Virus record (IMG/VR): IMGVR_UViG_3300046542_000248 | Location: 182,902 to 246,901 of that record | DNA: 64,000 nt | Strand: one strand, 5' to 3' | In this document: in pieces, positions 9,645 through 19,387 of the stretch | Numbering within the stretch: position 1 is the first letter of the stretch | Layout: each line of letters begins with the position of its first letter | Translations under genes and position numbers: made by a program | Notes under the pieces: generated by a model | What the model was told of the DNA's origin: nothing | The model's database searches: none | The model's input: the letters and a program-made list of their open reading frames with translations, nothing else

Positions 9645-10112
9645 GTGGTAACCTACATGACTATTAATCTTATTCCTACTTTTGATCAGGAATCATTGGA
9701 AGAAACTTACGCACAGCTTAAAGAAAATGGATATACAGGTGTAAGATATACACCTGAAGGACATAAAGCTCTATTAATCGAAATTCCTCATATTGTAACA
9801 AAAGCTATCCGTAACTTTATATCTCAAAATGTAACTAAGATGGATGCTATATCTTATATGGAGCATCTTCTGTATAAAGATAAACAAATTCCAAATAAGT
9901 TAGCTTTATCTGCTGATGCTTCTTTCGCTAATTTTCAGTTCATACTCCGCCATGATCGGATTGATCTTAAGATTTATAAAAATCAGCTACAAAAATATCC
10001 AGAAGCATTCAAACTGCTACAATCAGCACATGACATGTATACTATAATTAATATCGCATTTGAACATGCTGAAAAAATTTTAATCACCCTGAGCACACGT
10101 GATGCTCCATAA
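9645..10112 (+). CDS. hypothetical protein
   Basis: 155-aa ORF in a co-directional run. Confidence 0.65.
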   Translation: MVTYMTINLIPTFDQESLEETYAQLKENGYTGVRYTPEGHKALLIEIPHIVTKAIRNFISQNVTKMDAISYMEHLLYKDKQIPNKLALSADASFANFQFILRHDRIDLKIYKNQLQKYPEAFKLLQSAHDMYTIINIAFEHAEKILITLSTRDAP

Positions 10113-10132
10113 CCTATAGGAGAGTGTTAGTT

Positions 10133-10594
10133 ATGCAAATTATTGATGATAAGCTTCAAGGACGTTACGGTAATAAAGGAGTCATCACTACGATTACTCC
10201 TGATAATATAATGCCAATGGCTTTTGACGGTGTACAGCCACAAATAATATTTTCACCACTGTCGATTCTAAATAGAATTGATGACGAAGAGTTAGAAAAT
10301 CTTATTATTGAAAGACTTAAACTAAATCATATTGCTCGTTTGGTTGATGAATTCTATCATCAAGTTAAAGCTCAGTATGGATTAGAAACTGTATTCCTAT
10401 CTGAGAAGAAAGTATCTGCTATGATCGCAATTGAAATGAGTGATAGATTATCTTACGTTTTTGAAAATACATTATACTTAGATGATGAAGTATTATTTGA
10501 TGATATAATGCTTGAACTATTTTCTGAAGGTGTTGAAGATGAAAGAGATATTGTACAAAGTATGATTTCATATATTAATATTAAGAGGAGGTAA
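10133..10594 (+). CDS. protein with an N-terminal RNA polymerase beta-subunit fragment
   Basis: DDKLQGRYGNKGVITTITPDNIMP...DG...IIFSPLSILNR matches the beta GDK..GRHGNKG..MP..DG..NP..R block; the rest is unrelated. Confidence 0.75.
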   Translation: MQIIDDKLQGRYGNKGVITTITPDNIMPMAFDGVQPQIIFSPLSILNRIDDEELENLIIERLKLNHIARLVDEFYHQVKAQYGLETVFLSEKKVSAMIAIEMSDRLSYVFENTLYLDDEVLFDDIMLELFSEGVEDERDIVQSMISYINIKRR

Positions 10595-10601
10595 ACCTAC
10601 T

Positions 10602-10994
10602 ATGCCTACTACTTGGACTAAATTTGATAAGAATAATATCCCTCCATCAGATGTACAATATTTGATCACTGATGGATTCGTTACGGAGATAAGCCGTTGG
10701 CCGTCTGAAGATTGGGGATTGTTTTATGGCGGTATAAGAAAGGTGAAAGATGTTACTCATTATTCAATTATAACATTACCTTGTAAACATCTCATCATTG
10801 AAAACTTAATGGGTGGAGTTGCATGGATTCATTTTGAATGTGAAAGTGAAATTGATGCAAATCTATTCTATAAAGAAATGGCTGCTCATGCACCACATAG
10901 CCGATATCAATTAATGACTATCAGTATTAGTGCATTGGAAGAATGTATTAACACAGGTGTTATGCAATATCTCGAAGATACTATTAAAATGTAA
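10602..10994 (+). CDS. hypothetical protein (DUF551-like N terminus)
   Basis: W...P...YLITDG...VTHY pattern; SD aggaggt. Confidence 0.6.
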   Translation: MPTTWTKFDKNNIPPSDVQYLITDGFVTEISRWPSEDWGLFYGGIRKVKDVTHYSIITLPCKHLIIENLMGGVAWIHFECESEIDANLFYKEMAAHAPHSRYQLMTISISALEECINTGVMQYLEDTIKM

Positions 10995-11019
10995 TCTATT
11001 TATAATGGAGGAATTACAT

Positions 11020-11298
11020 ATGTTAACAATTGCTAAAATGTTTCAATTTGCCACTACTAAAGTTCATCAGCCAATTACTATTATAACTAATGAATTCGTT
11101 TTAGATGAGCACTATGCTCAAGCAATAATTGATCTGGAGAAAAGAACAATTGCGCGTGCTGCTAGATTGACAGTTCTTCTTAAACGCCGCACTTATTTCA
11201 ACTACTTCAATGTACGTAAGCGTTATGGATTAACATTTAAAAACTTTAACTATAAAGTTGATAATGGTCTATGGGCTGAACTTGTAGCTGATAAATAA
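11020..11298 (+). CDS. hypothetical protein
   Basis: start moved to the ATG after ggagg. Confidence 0.65.
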   Translation: MLTIAKMFQFATTKVHQPITIITNEFVLDEHYAQAIIDLEKRTIARAARLTVLLKRRTYFNYFNVRKRYGLTFKNFNYKVDNGLWAELVADK

Positions 11299-11314
11299 GA
11301 AATAAACTGACGAG

Positions 11315-11767
11315 GTGTATGAAATGGAACTAACTGAAAAGCAAAAAGAAGTTTTTGAAAATCTTAGGAAAATATTTATAGATGCTTTTAAGATTGAGCT
11401 TACTGATGATAATTATTTAATTATTACTTATAAAGATGAATCATTTACTACTTCTACTGATATTGCTGGTATAACAACTCTTGTTGAAAAACATAATCAG
11501 CCAATTGAAGGTATAGCTACTGCTTTAGTAGGGTTATTTTCTAAAATGCAGATTGAGAGTCGAGCTAAGAAATTAGTCGGGATTAAGATTAATTTGAATG
11601 ATCCATTAATGATGTCGACTCAAGAAGCTGCTAAAAAATGGAATATCGACGATTCAAATATTCGTCAACGTATCAAATCTTTTCCTCAAGGAAGTATTCG
11701 TAAGTTTGGTAAACAATGGGTTGTCACTGAATATGGTATGCGGTGTGTATTTGGTGAACCAAGATGA
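11315..11767 (+). CDS. C-terminal helix-turn-helix DNA-binding protein
   Basis: MSTQEAAKKWNIDDSNIRQRI...RKFGKQWVVT, an excisionase/MerR-like winged HTH. Confidence 0.75.
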   Translation: MYEMELTEKQKEVFENLRKIFIDAFKIELTDDNYLIITYKDESFTTSTDIAGITTLVEKHNQPIEGIATALVGLFSKMQIESRAKKLVGIKINLNDPLMMSTQEAAKKWNIDDSNIRQRIKSFPQGSIRKFGKQWVVTEYGMRCVFGEPR

Positions 11768-11774
11768 AAGACAA

Positions 11775-11822
11775 AATAACTCACAAAGGATTTGATTTCC
11801 TTTGTGAGTTATTATTTTTTTG
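11775..11822. terminator. bidirectional terminator between convergent genes
   Basis: 16-bp stem aataactcacaaagga/tcctttgtgagttatt. Confidence 0.85.
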
Positions 11823-11823
11823 C

Positions 11824-13062
11824 TTAATATAGATGTGGAACTGAGATAACTTGGAATACCTGATCTGTACGTTTACATTTCATGATATCCTTATCGTCAT
11901 CCCATTTAGGATCAAGGTCTTTCTTCTTAGGAAGAAGTCCTGGATAATCATCTTTAAATCCTCTAAGAATCTTTCCATGATTATCAAGAGCAATTACTTG
12001 CCAGTCATCAGTTTTAAAGGATTTCATGATGGCAACTTTATATTTGCCTTCCATGCTAATAGCAAGTTCATGAGGAGACATATCAATGTCACCGCTCTTA
12101 ATGAGCTTAGTAACTCGTTTCTCGAAACTCTCCTCTTGACCTCTGTCCTTCAGCTTATTTTTTTTATTTTTACCTTTATCTTTCTTACCGTTATCATCAT
12201 CGTCATCTTTAGACTTTCCTTTAGAACTGAAAGCACCAGATGCAAGAAGTTGAGGGAAGAACTTATTCATCATGGCGATGTTTTTAGTTTTCTCATCACC
12301 TTGAGTACCTTTATCTTTAACACGTTTAAGCTCAAGATCAATTCTCGATTTCTGAATATCGGCAATGGATCTTGCACTTGATGCCCTTGCGTTAAACAAG
12401 TTTACTTTAGCAGAGATAAGATCTTTAAGCATAATGTGCTTGCTTCTAGATCTTGATTCTTTAGTCTCTTTAACCATATCATTGATATCGGTAAGAGCTT
12501 CAGACATATCAATTAAGTTCTCCCTAATAAGTGCAAGAGGTTCTTCGAATTTCTTATCGAATTCCTTTTGCTCCTTTTCAAGAGCACGTTTCTCAACGTC
12601 TTCCTCACTGAGTTCAACTTTCTTTGCACCTTTTTCTTTCGATGTGACACCAGAGAATTGTTCACCTTTCTTACCTTTTTTACCACCATGGAACTTATCT
12701 TTATATTCCTTGATAGCACCATGAAGAAGTTTAGCAGATTCAGGCATCTTACTAAGTTTTTTCTTTTCTTTCTTACGCTTCTTCTTTTCCTCTTTAAGCT
12801 TTTTCTTTTCTTTCTTGGATAAACCCTTCTCCTCGATTTCTTCGAGTGCAGAATGTTTCTTACGAAGAGATTCTAATTCCTTTCTCTTCTCCTCGATCTT
12901 GTCTTCCATATTTTTATTAAGCATGGAAGCGCCCCAAGCAGATAATGAAACTTTGATATAGCCATTACCAGAACGTTTGTCTTCATGAAAATCCTTCTTC
13001 AGTCCCTGTTCTTCCATTTCATCATCAGAGATATTGATTCTAGAAACTTTAGCTCTTGGCAT
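11824..13062 (-). CDS. Lys/Glu-rich coiled-coil hypothetical protein (late)
   Basis: 412 aa, low complexity; AACA-N6-TA upstream. Confidence 0.8.
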   Translation of the reverse strand: MPRAKVSRINISDDEMEEQGLKKDFHEDKRSGNGYIKVSLSAWGASMLNKNMEDKIEEKRKELESLRKKHSALEEIEEKGLSKKEKKKLKEEKKKRKKEKKKLSKMPESAKLLHGAIKEYKDKFHGGKKGKKGEQFSGVTSKEKGAKKVELSEEDVEKRALEKEQKEFDKKFEEPLALIRENLIDMSEALTDINDMVKETKESRSRSKHIMLKDLISAKVNLFNARASSARSIADIQKSRIDLELKRVKDKGTQGDEKTKNIAMMNKFFPQLLASGAFSSKGKSKDDDDDNGKKDKGKNKKNKLKDRGQEESFEKRVTKLIKSGDIDMSPHELAISMEGKYKVAIMKSFKTDDWQVIALDNHGKILRGFKDDYPGLLPKKKDLDPKWDDDKDIMKCKRTDQVFQVISVPHLY

Positions 13063-13100
13063 ATAACTCAGTCCTTCCTGTCTATTAATGAATAATAAGT

Positions 13101-13112
13101 TATTACGATGTT
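13101..13112 (-). promoter_or_regulatory. putative late promoter AACA-N6-TA
   Basis: minus strand AACA tcgtaa TA. Confidence 0.65.
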
Positions 13113-13168
13113 TTTAATGTAAAAATGTAATATGGAATGCAGGAAGCCCCACATTCCATATCTTATAA

Positions 13169-14401
13169 TTAAAGTTTTTCTAGAGTGTCCAGAGTGTTAT
13201 TCACACTTCTTAGGAATACTCCGTTCAAGCTAATGAAGTAAGCAATGAAATCATTGATTTCTTTTGTAATAACCGAAAGTGCTCTATAGGATTTTCTATC
13301 CATCATACCAGCTTCAACAACAGCTTTTTCAGAATCTTTCAACCCGTTCAAAGCATCATTGGATAAACCATCCAATAGTTGTCTATTCTTCTCAACAACG
13401 TCTGTCAGATGTTTTAAACCATTAAGAATTTCTTGAGTGGTGAGTTCTTGTGAACCATTTAAGCGTTTCCATTTATCACCATCTTCTTCTTTTTCAAATG
13501 TAGCTAAAGAACCAACTACACCTGATAGCTTTTTACCAATATCATCTTTCCGATTTTCCCCAGAAATAAATTGTTCAAGAGCGAATTTTACATTCTCATT
13601 GAAGTCCTCATCACTTTTATCAAGTTTATTAAGTCCTTCAATTCCGTCGAATGCATCTTGTTTACGAACTACGTTGTGTAGAACTTTATCTTGAATAGTT
13701 TTCACTTTATTGATATATACTTCCATCGTTTCCATCTTTGCAAATGTTAACGGTATTCTAATAGTTCTAGCTTGTTGCTTTGTAAACTTAGCATCGTCTT
13801 CTTCTCTTTTCTTACGTTTTGCTTCAGCCGCAGCCTCTTTCTTTTCTTTCTCAAGTTGAGCCAGCTTTTCTTGTTCTTCTTTTAACTGCTTTAGCTTTGC
13901 TTCGTATTCTGCATTTTCTTTATCTTTTAATTCTTTCATTTGATCTTTTAATTTATCCAGATTGGCTGCAACAGCATCAGTCATTGCAGTAAGTTTTTTC
14001 TCGGTTTGTGCATGAATTTCATCAGCTTTAACACCTTTAAATTCCGACTTCTTCATTCCTTCAGGTTGAGCCAACTTCTTTTCCACATCTTGTATTCTAA
14101 CTTTAGTATCTTTTACATTTTTGGAAAACTTGGATCGGATAAAGTTAACGAAGAGTCTAATTTTATCTCCAATCCATTTAAAGAATTTCTTAATGCCTTC
14201 GATAAACTTATTATCATCCGATTCTGTCAAATAAGTGCCAGACCAAGCTTCGAATAAGATATTATCGGTTGTAGTTGATTCATACATCAATGACTCTAGA
14301 GTCACAGGCTCAGGCATAACAAGTTCTGGGACATTTCCAGAACTAATTTCACCCATATTATATCCTTCCATAATGTAACGCAGTTTTGTTGAAATTTCCA
14401 T
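13169..14401 (-). CDS. internal head protein, KLxLIxEG family
   Basis: MEISTKLRYIMEG; repeated ES/EA sites; amphipathic FFKWIGDKIRLFVNFIRSKF. Confidence 0.7.
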   Translation of the reverse strand: MEISTKLRYIMEGYNMGEISSGNVPELVMPEPVTLESLMYESTTTDNILFEAWSGTYLTESDDNKFIEGIKKFFKWIGDKIRLFVNFIRSKFSKNVKDTKVRIQDVEKKLAQPEGMKKSEFKGVKADEIHAQTEKKLTAMTDAVAANLDKLKDQMKELKDKENAEYEAKLKQLKEEQEKLAQLEKEKKEAAAEAKRKKREEDDAKFTKQQARTIRIPLTFAKMETMEVYINKVKTIQDKVLHNVVRKQDAFDGIEGLNKLDKSDEDFNENVKFALEQFISGENRKDDIGKKLSGVVGSLATFEKEEDGDKWKRLNGSQELTTQEILNGLKHLTDVVEKNRQLLDGLSNDALNGLKDSEKAVVEAGMMDRKSYRALSVITKEINDFIAYFISLNGVFLRSVNNTLDTLEKL

Positions 14402-14429
14402 TTACTTTAACCTCCTATATAAAATATTC

Positions 14430-14441
14430 TATTTATATGTC
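14430..14441 (-). promoter_or_regulatory. putative late promoter GACA-N6-TA
   Basis: minus strand GACA tataaa TA. Confidence 0.55.
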
Positions 14442-14465
14442 ATCCAGTCTCTTATAAGCGTTAAA

Positions 14466-14475
14466 TATATATTAT
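14466..14475 (+). promoter_or_regulatory. putative early promoter TATATATTAT
   Basis: exact motif. Confidence 0.65.
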
Positions 14476-14515
14476 TAATATGACTATAACTATATCATAT
14501 TGGAGGAGGTAGGAA

Positions 14516-14758
14516 ATGTTTAAAACTCATGTAATTAAACTTAAATGCACAGGTAAAGACTGTAAAGACCATCAGAAGATTGAACTACAACCTGAACATT
14601 ATAACTCGGTAGCAACTGATATTAATCACTGGAAATCTATCGCTTTATGTGATGATTGCTTACAAAAGAAAATGGCTAAACGTGCCAAAGAATTTAGGAA
14701 TTTTATGGGTGATCCCAATGCAACTTTGGCTGAAATTTTAAATGGCCGCAGAAGATAA
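14516..14758 (+). CDS. small zinc-binding protein
   Basis: CTGKDC and CDDC; SD ggaggagg. Confidence 0.7.
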   Translation: MFKTHVIKLKCTGKDCKDHQKIELQPEHYNSVATDINHWKSIALCDDCLQKKMAKRAKEFRNFMGDPNATLAEILNGRRR

Positions 14759-14780
14759 AATACATTTTCAGAGTTATCAA

Positions 14781-14792
14781 AACCCTTAGATA
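14781..14792 (+). promoter_or_regulatory. putative nvRNAP promoter, AACC-N6-TA class
   Basis: AACC cttaga TA before the DNA polymerase. Confidence 0.55.
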
Positions 14793-14824
14793 ATAAATCT
14801 ACTCTATAGGAAAGGGCGCTGAGA

Positions 14825-17800
14825 ATGGCTGACAGTGGCTTATTATTACCAAAACCAGTATTAACCTTGCCAGAGGGTAAGGACAATGTGCTAATTACCA
14901 ACGTGCAATATATGAAGTCGCGTAAGTTAGATAACGGCTCATACTCTGATGATAAATTGTACGTAGTCTACAGAGACTTCGATACAAATAAGAAGAACCT
15001 GCAAATTATCAGTAATCCAACTACAAACTATTATACTACTAAACCTGAATATCGAGATGATTTTAAAACTCAAAGGGAGTTTATGAATCTCGATCAGGTT
15101 GAGATGCAAGAAAGTCTCTATAAGAATATCCATCGAGATTTATTCAATATGCTTAAAAAAGATCAACGATCCCAAGAAGATCGGGATGTGAAGATGGTAA
15201 TTGAACGTGCTCAAGAACTTGGCAGATGGAGTGCGATCAAAGAATCAAACAAATGGAGACATGCTTATTTCTCAGATACCGATATATTAGATTACTCGTA
15301 TATTACTGCAAATCTTCACTACAAACCACAGGAGACAATCTTAACTAAGTCCTATTTTGATATAGAGACTGATATCTTGGGTCGTTCGAGATTTGATATA
15401 GACAGAGGTCGTGCACCTATTTGGGCAATGACCATGATCTATGACTATGATATCAATCTTAATAAAAAATGTAAGCCAAAGGTATTTACCTTCTTACTTA
15501 GAGATCACAAAAGATATCCACAGCAAAAGAAATTTGAAGAGCAGATGGATAAATTCATTGATCGAGTTCATGAAGAATGTGATCACAAGTATGGGGTTGC
15601 AGATTATCATGTAATGATATTCGACGATGAAGCTGAAATGCTCTACAAAATGTTCCAAATTCAGCATTTAATGAAACCTGACTTCACGGGTATCTGGAAC
15701 ATGCCGTTTGACCTTTTAACCCTACACAAGAAAGCTCAATACTTAGGAATCCCTCCTGAGATTCTATTCTCACATCCAGACTTTAAAGAAGCTTGGTGTC
15801 ATTACCATCTTGATGAGAGATACAAGAATGACTTCAAGAATCGTGGGGATAATTTTAACTGCTTATCTTATACAAAATATACAGACCAAATGATGGGTTA
15901 TGCCGCTAGACGTAAAGGTGGTAAAGACTACGGTTCAAATGGTTTGGATAACATTGCAAAGATTGAATTAAAAGAAGGAAAGCGTAAATGGGATAGATCT
16001 TCGACAAATACAATCAATTCACCAATCGAAGAGTATTTCAATGCTGTACTCTACAATATTACAGACGTTTGGCTCTTAGCTGGTATTGAAAGAAAGACTG
16101 GAGATATTGATGACCAGTTTTACAAAGGCTATGATGCTGGAACAAGATTTGATAAGGCTAATAGACAAACTGTAGCTTTGAAAAACTTATGGTCCTTGGG
16201 TTACTTTGAACAAGGATACGTAATGGGTAATAATATTAATGCTGATTATATCTCTGAATACGGTGCTCAACAAGCTGAAGTTGTCATTGATGAGGATGAT
16301 GAAGAGAAGCTTAAAGGTGCATTGGTAGGTAATCCGTTGAATCTTAATAGAACTGGTGAGAAGATATTCGGTGATAAACGATCCGATCGTCTATTCTCAG
16401 AACTACTTGATTTGGATGCCGCTGCAATGTATCCTAATAACAAACTGAAGAATAATATTGCAAGATCTACTCAATATGGTAGATTGATTATCCGAGGTAA
16501 AGTATCACATCTTGAGTACGGCTTAACTCCTGCACTTAGGGGTGGGGAGTTTGTCGATGATTATGAGACTCAAGACTGGATTAAACTCGGTGTTAAATGG
16601 TTCAAGCTCAAGAATATTGAGAAGTACTTTAATGAGTTCGAGGATTGGTCGAAGAAAGATCGAACTCTCATTTACTTTAAAGGTAAAAATACTGATGTCT
16701 TCTTCGATCTATGGTCTGAAAAGATGCTCAGCATTTTCTCAATCATGTATCCTAATAAGAAAAAGAATCTCATTAAGTCATATCTAAAATATGTCTATAA
16801 TAGAGATGTCAAAGATGCAAAAGCTACAATCTATAATAACTATGATGATATAGAGTATCAAACATCATTGCTTTCTGTAATTGATTGGATAGCTGAAGTT
16901 CGTCCAATCCTTACTGAATCTGGTACATTCTTTAAACGTCATGATGAAACTGGGTTAATCCCTGGTCTAATCATCCTTGACAATCTGCTTAAACAACGTA
17001 AGAAACTTAAAAGAATGGCTCTGAACTACAAACAAGCTGGTGAAATGGATCTGTTTAGATTGTTTGATCTTAGACAGAATCGTAAGAAAATCTTTGCGAA
17101 CTCAGAATATGGAGTTAGTGGAGCACCATCAGCATTTAACTACAATTATCATGTGGCACAGTCTGTAACAAGTAAAGGTCAGACTCTTATCAGTAATGCA
17201 ATGACCTTATTTGAAGATTTACTCACAGATACTCTTCAGTTCTATGATATGAACGAATTGTTCCACTATTGTGATAATATCATAACTGAAGCCTCGAAAT
17301 ATCAGGATGCTATAATTCTGAATGCAAATAAAACTGTTAAGGAAGTATTGAAACGTCTGAAGAAGAAATGTGATAACATTGAGAAGTTCAATGAGGATAT
17401 GGTTGAGCGCTATTTAGGGAATGTTTCTCAAGAAGGACTCAACAAAATCTTCTACAAGAATAACATCAATCAATTCCTTTCTGAAAGTGATTATGTACAA
17501 AAGCTTCTGCGTAAATTTGTGAGACAAACGTCTACATTTATGAACCCAGAGCATCCTCCTAAACGTACAGCAGGTATTCTGAAAGAGTTTACAAATATCG
17601 TTCTAGAATACTGTCACTACAATTATCACTACTATGGACGGATTGACAGACTGATTAACAGTCCTCGAAACTCTGTACCTATTATTGATACTGATTCAAA
17701 TATTATCACTGTTAAAGATCTCTTAGATCATATTAAGACATTTGTGTCTGAAGATTCTAACAGAATTAAGATCGTAAGAAAAGATAGTGAAGAACGAGTA

Positions 17801-18646
17801 ACTGAAAGCAATAAGCTTAAGCTTATCAATATCATTGCTACAGTTCTTACTGAAGCTATCTCAAGATCTCTTCAGAAGTTTGAAGAGATTACGAATACTA
17901 CTAATACACCACTTGGAACTTATGCATTTAAGAATGAATTCTACTTCACATCACTACTGGTTGGTGAGGGTAAGAAGAGATATCTTTCTAACTACAAACT
18001 CCAAGAAGGTAAGTATTTCCCTAATGGTATTACAGACGTTAAAGGTTTTGATTTCTTGAAGATCTCCGCTGCTCCAGAAAGACTGCGGAAAGAGATTGAA
18101 TCAATTATCTTTAAACATATTGTATCTGATAAGGTAAACATTCAAAAAGCTCTTAAGAAGTTCCTTAAACTTGAGGACTCAATCAGAGCTAGTCTGTTAG
18201 AAGGAGATAAAGAACTCTTAAATATCTCTAAGGTTAATACAATGGATGCTTATGCTGATCCATTTAGTATTGGTCAATTTAAAGCAGCGTACATCTGGAA
18301 TACAATCTATCCAGATAAGGAAATTCAATTCCCTGCTGTAGTTAATTTGATCAAAGTTGATATTGCATCTGCTAAAGATATTGCTGTATTGGCTATCGAG
18401 GATAAAGAATACTTTGATATCCTAGTAGATCTGTTAAAGACACATGAGATGAGAACTGGAATTACACAAATTGCAGTACCACTCGATCAAGAAGTGCCAG
18501 AATGGTTGTTAAAGATAATGGATGTTGAAACTATGGTTCAGAAGTATATGAATCTAGTTGAACCTATTCTTGACTGTCTGGGTATTAAATCTGTATACAA
18601 AACATCCACGGGTCGATACATCTCAAATATCGTAGACGTAGGATAA
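14825..18646 (+). CDS. family B DNA polymerase, phiKZ-like, single polypeptide
   Basis: ExoI YFDIETD, ExoII NMPFD, ExoIII YNITD; motif A DLDAAAMYP, motif B KIFANSEYG, motif C DTDS. Confidence 0.93.
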   Translation: MADSGLLLPKPVLTLPEGKDNVLITNVQYMKSRKLDNGSYSDDKLYVVYRDFDTNKKNLQIISNPTTNYYTTKPEYRDDFKTQREFMNLDQVEMQESLYKNIHRDLFNMLKKDQRSQEDRDVKMVIERAQELGRWSAIKESNKWRHAYFSDTDILDYSYITANLHYKPQETILTKSYFDIETDILGRSRFDIDRGRAPIWAMTMIYDYDINLNKKCKPKVFTFLLRDHKRYPQQKKFEEQMDKFIDRVHEECDHKYGVADYHVMIFDDEAEMLYKMFQIQHLMKPDFTGIWNMPFDLLTLHKKAQYLGIPPEILFSHPDFKEAWCHYHLDERYKNDFKNRGDNFNCLSYTKYTDQMMGYAARRKGGKDYGSNGLDNIAKIELKEGKRKWDRSSTNTINSPIEEYFNAVLYNITDVWLLAGIERKTGDIDDQFYKGYDAGTRFDKANRQTVALKNLWSLGYFEQGYVMGNNINADYISEYGAQQAEVVIDEDDEEKLKGALVGNPLNLNRTGEKIFGDKRSDRLFSELLDLDAAAMYPNNKLKNNIARSTQYGRLIIRGKVSHLEYGLTPALRGGEFVDDYETQDWIKLGVKWFKLKNIEKYFNEFEDWSKKDRTLIYFKGKNTDVFFDLWSEKMLSIFSIMYPNKKKNLIKSYLKYVYNRDVKDAKATIYNNYDDIEYQTSLLSVIDWIAEVRPILTESGTFFKRHDETGLIPGLIILDNLLKQRKKLKRMALNYKQAGEMDLFRLFDLRQNRKKIFANSEYGVSGAPSAFNYNYHVAQSVTSKGQTLISNAMTLFEDLLTDTLQFYDMNELFHYCDNIITEASKYQDAIILNANKTVKEVLKRLKKKCDNIEKFNEDMVERYLGNVSQEGLNKIFYKNNINQFLSESDYVQKLLRKFVRQTSTFMNPEHPPKRTAGILKEFTNIVLEYCHYNYHYYGRIDRLINSPRNSVPIIDTDSNIITVKDLLDHIKTFVSEDSNRIKIVRKDSEERVTESNKLKLINIIATVLTEAISRSLQKFEEITNTTNTPLGTYAFKNEFYFTSLLVGEGKKRYLSNYKLQEGKYFPNGITDVKGFDFLKISAAPERLRKEIESIIFKHIVSDKVNIQKALKKFLKLEDSIRASLLEGDKELLNISKVNTMDAYADPFSIGQFKAAYIWNTIYPDKEIQFPAVVNLIKVDIASAKDIAVLAIEDKEYFDILVDLLKTHEMRTGITQIAVPLDQEVPEWLLKIMDVETMVQKYMNLVEPILDCLGIKSVYKTSTGRYISNIVDVG

Positions 18647-18657
18647 ACAAAAAGAAA

Positions 18658-18684
18658 AGACTGGGGTCAATTAAGCCCCAGTCT
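18658..18684. terminator. bidirectional terminator
   Basis: agactgggg/ccccagtct between convergent genes. Confidence 0.7.
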
Positions 18685-19045
18685 CTTCTACTGTTTCTGT
18701 TTTAGGTATTTCTGTTACTTTCTCTTTCGTCTTCCTAGTAAGCGTAGGAAATCGGGTAGCCAACTCATTGGTATGACTGGCTGTTGCTGACACCAGAATA
18801 CCATTAGCTACCGACAGAAAGTATGTTTGCCATACGTGTAAAGCACTTGGATTGACGTTAATCTGTACAAGAATAAGAATAACGGTTGCCACAAATAGTG
18901 AATAAACATTTGTAGGAACCCATGGTGCAAAACTGCCGAGAAGTCCTTTAGTATAAGCTACAATAAGGAAACAAAGCAGAGATGCTCCTCCAATAGTTTG
19001 GAGGTTTTCAAATGTAAACATTGAATCGCCTGCCATATGATTCAC
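18671..19045 (-). CDS. putative holin (3 TM, Firmicute phage type)
   Basis: three hydrophobic helices and a charged C-tail; TxGGA..IV..TK..PT..S..VA..NG.LV pattern. Confidence 0.6.
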   Translation of the reverse strand: MNHMAGDSMFTFENLQTIGGASLLCFLIVAYTKGLLGSFAPWVPTNVYSLFVATVILILVQINVNPSALHVWQTYFLSVANGILVSATASHTNELATRFPTLTRKTKEKVTEIPKTETVEETGA

Positions 19046-19069
19046 CCCTTAAAAATTATTATATAGGAG

Positions 19070-19312
19070 TTGATTTACATGAAATGGAAAGACTCGTTTA
19101 AGAGGTTACAAAAAGTTCAAGAAAATAAGATATTTCTAACTACAATGATTGTCGTTAATTCTATTGATGAATGGGTAATTAATATTCCATTTATGTATAT
19201 TATGGGTATGATATTATTAGCATCATTTGCGGATGATATATTAAATGGTGTTTATGATGACGATGATGAGGACGATGATCGGGATGGTGGAATACCCGTT
19301 ACATCGAGCTAG
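19070..19312 (+). CDS. small membrane protein with acidic tail
   Basis: hydrophobic core then DDDDEDDD. Confidence 0.55.
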   Translation: MIYMKWKDSFKRLQKVQENKIFLTTMIVVNSIDEWVINIPFMYIMGMILLASFADDILNGVYDDDDEDDDRDGGIPVTSS

Positions 19313-19341
19313 AAATATCAATAATAATGTATTATATCTAA

Positions 19342-19353
19342 AACCAGATATTA
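19342..19353 (+). promoter_or_regulatory. putative nvRNAP promoter, AACC-N6-TA class
   Basis: AACC agatat TA. Confidence 0.55.
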
Positions 19354-19387
19354 GAGATTAATCCCAATTTGCAAAGGAGAATTAACC

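Noticed and set aside
11851-12822. Several plus-strand ORFs antisense to the Lys-rich gene
   Set aside because: Shadow ORFs from low-complexity sequence, with no SD or motifs; the same applies to most nested ORFs in the track.
14825-18646. Intein or group I intron in the DNA polymerase
   Set aside because: Continuous ORF, no C/S...HN-C/S/T splice motif and no LAGLIDADG or HNH seen.
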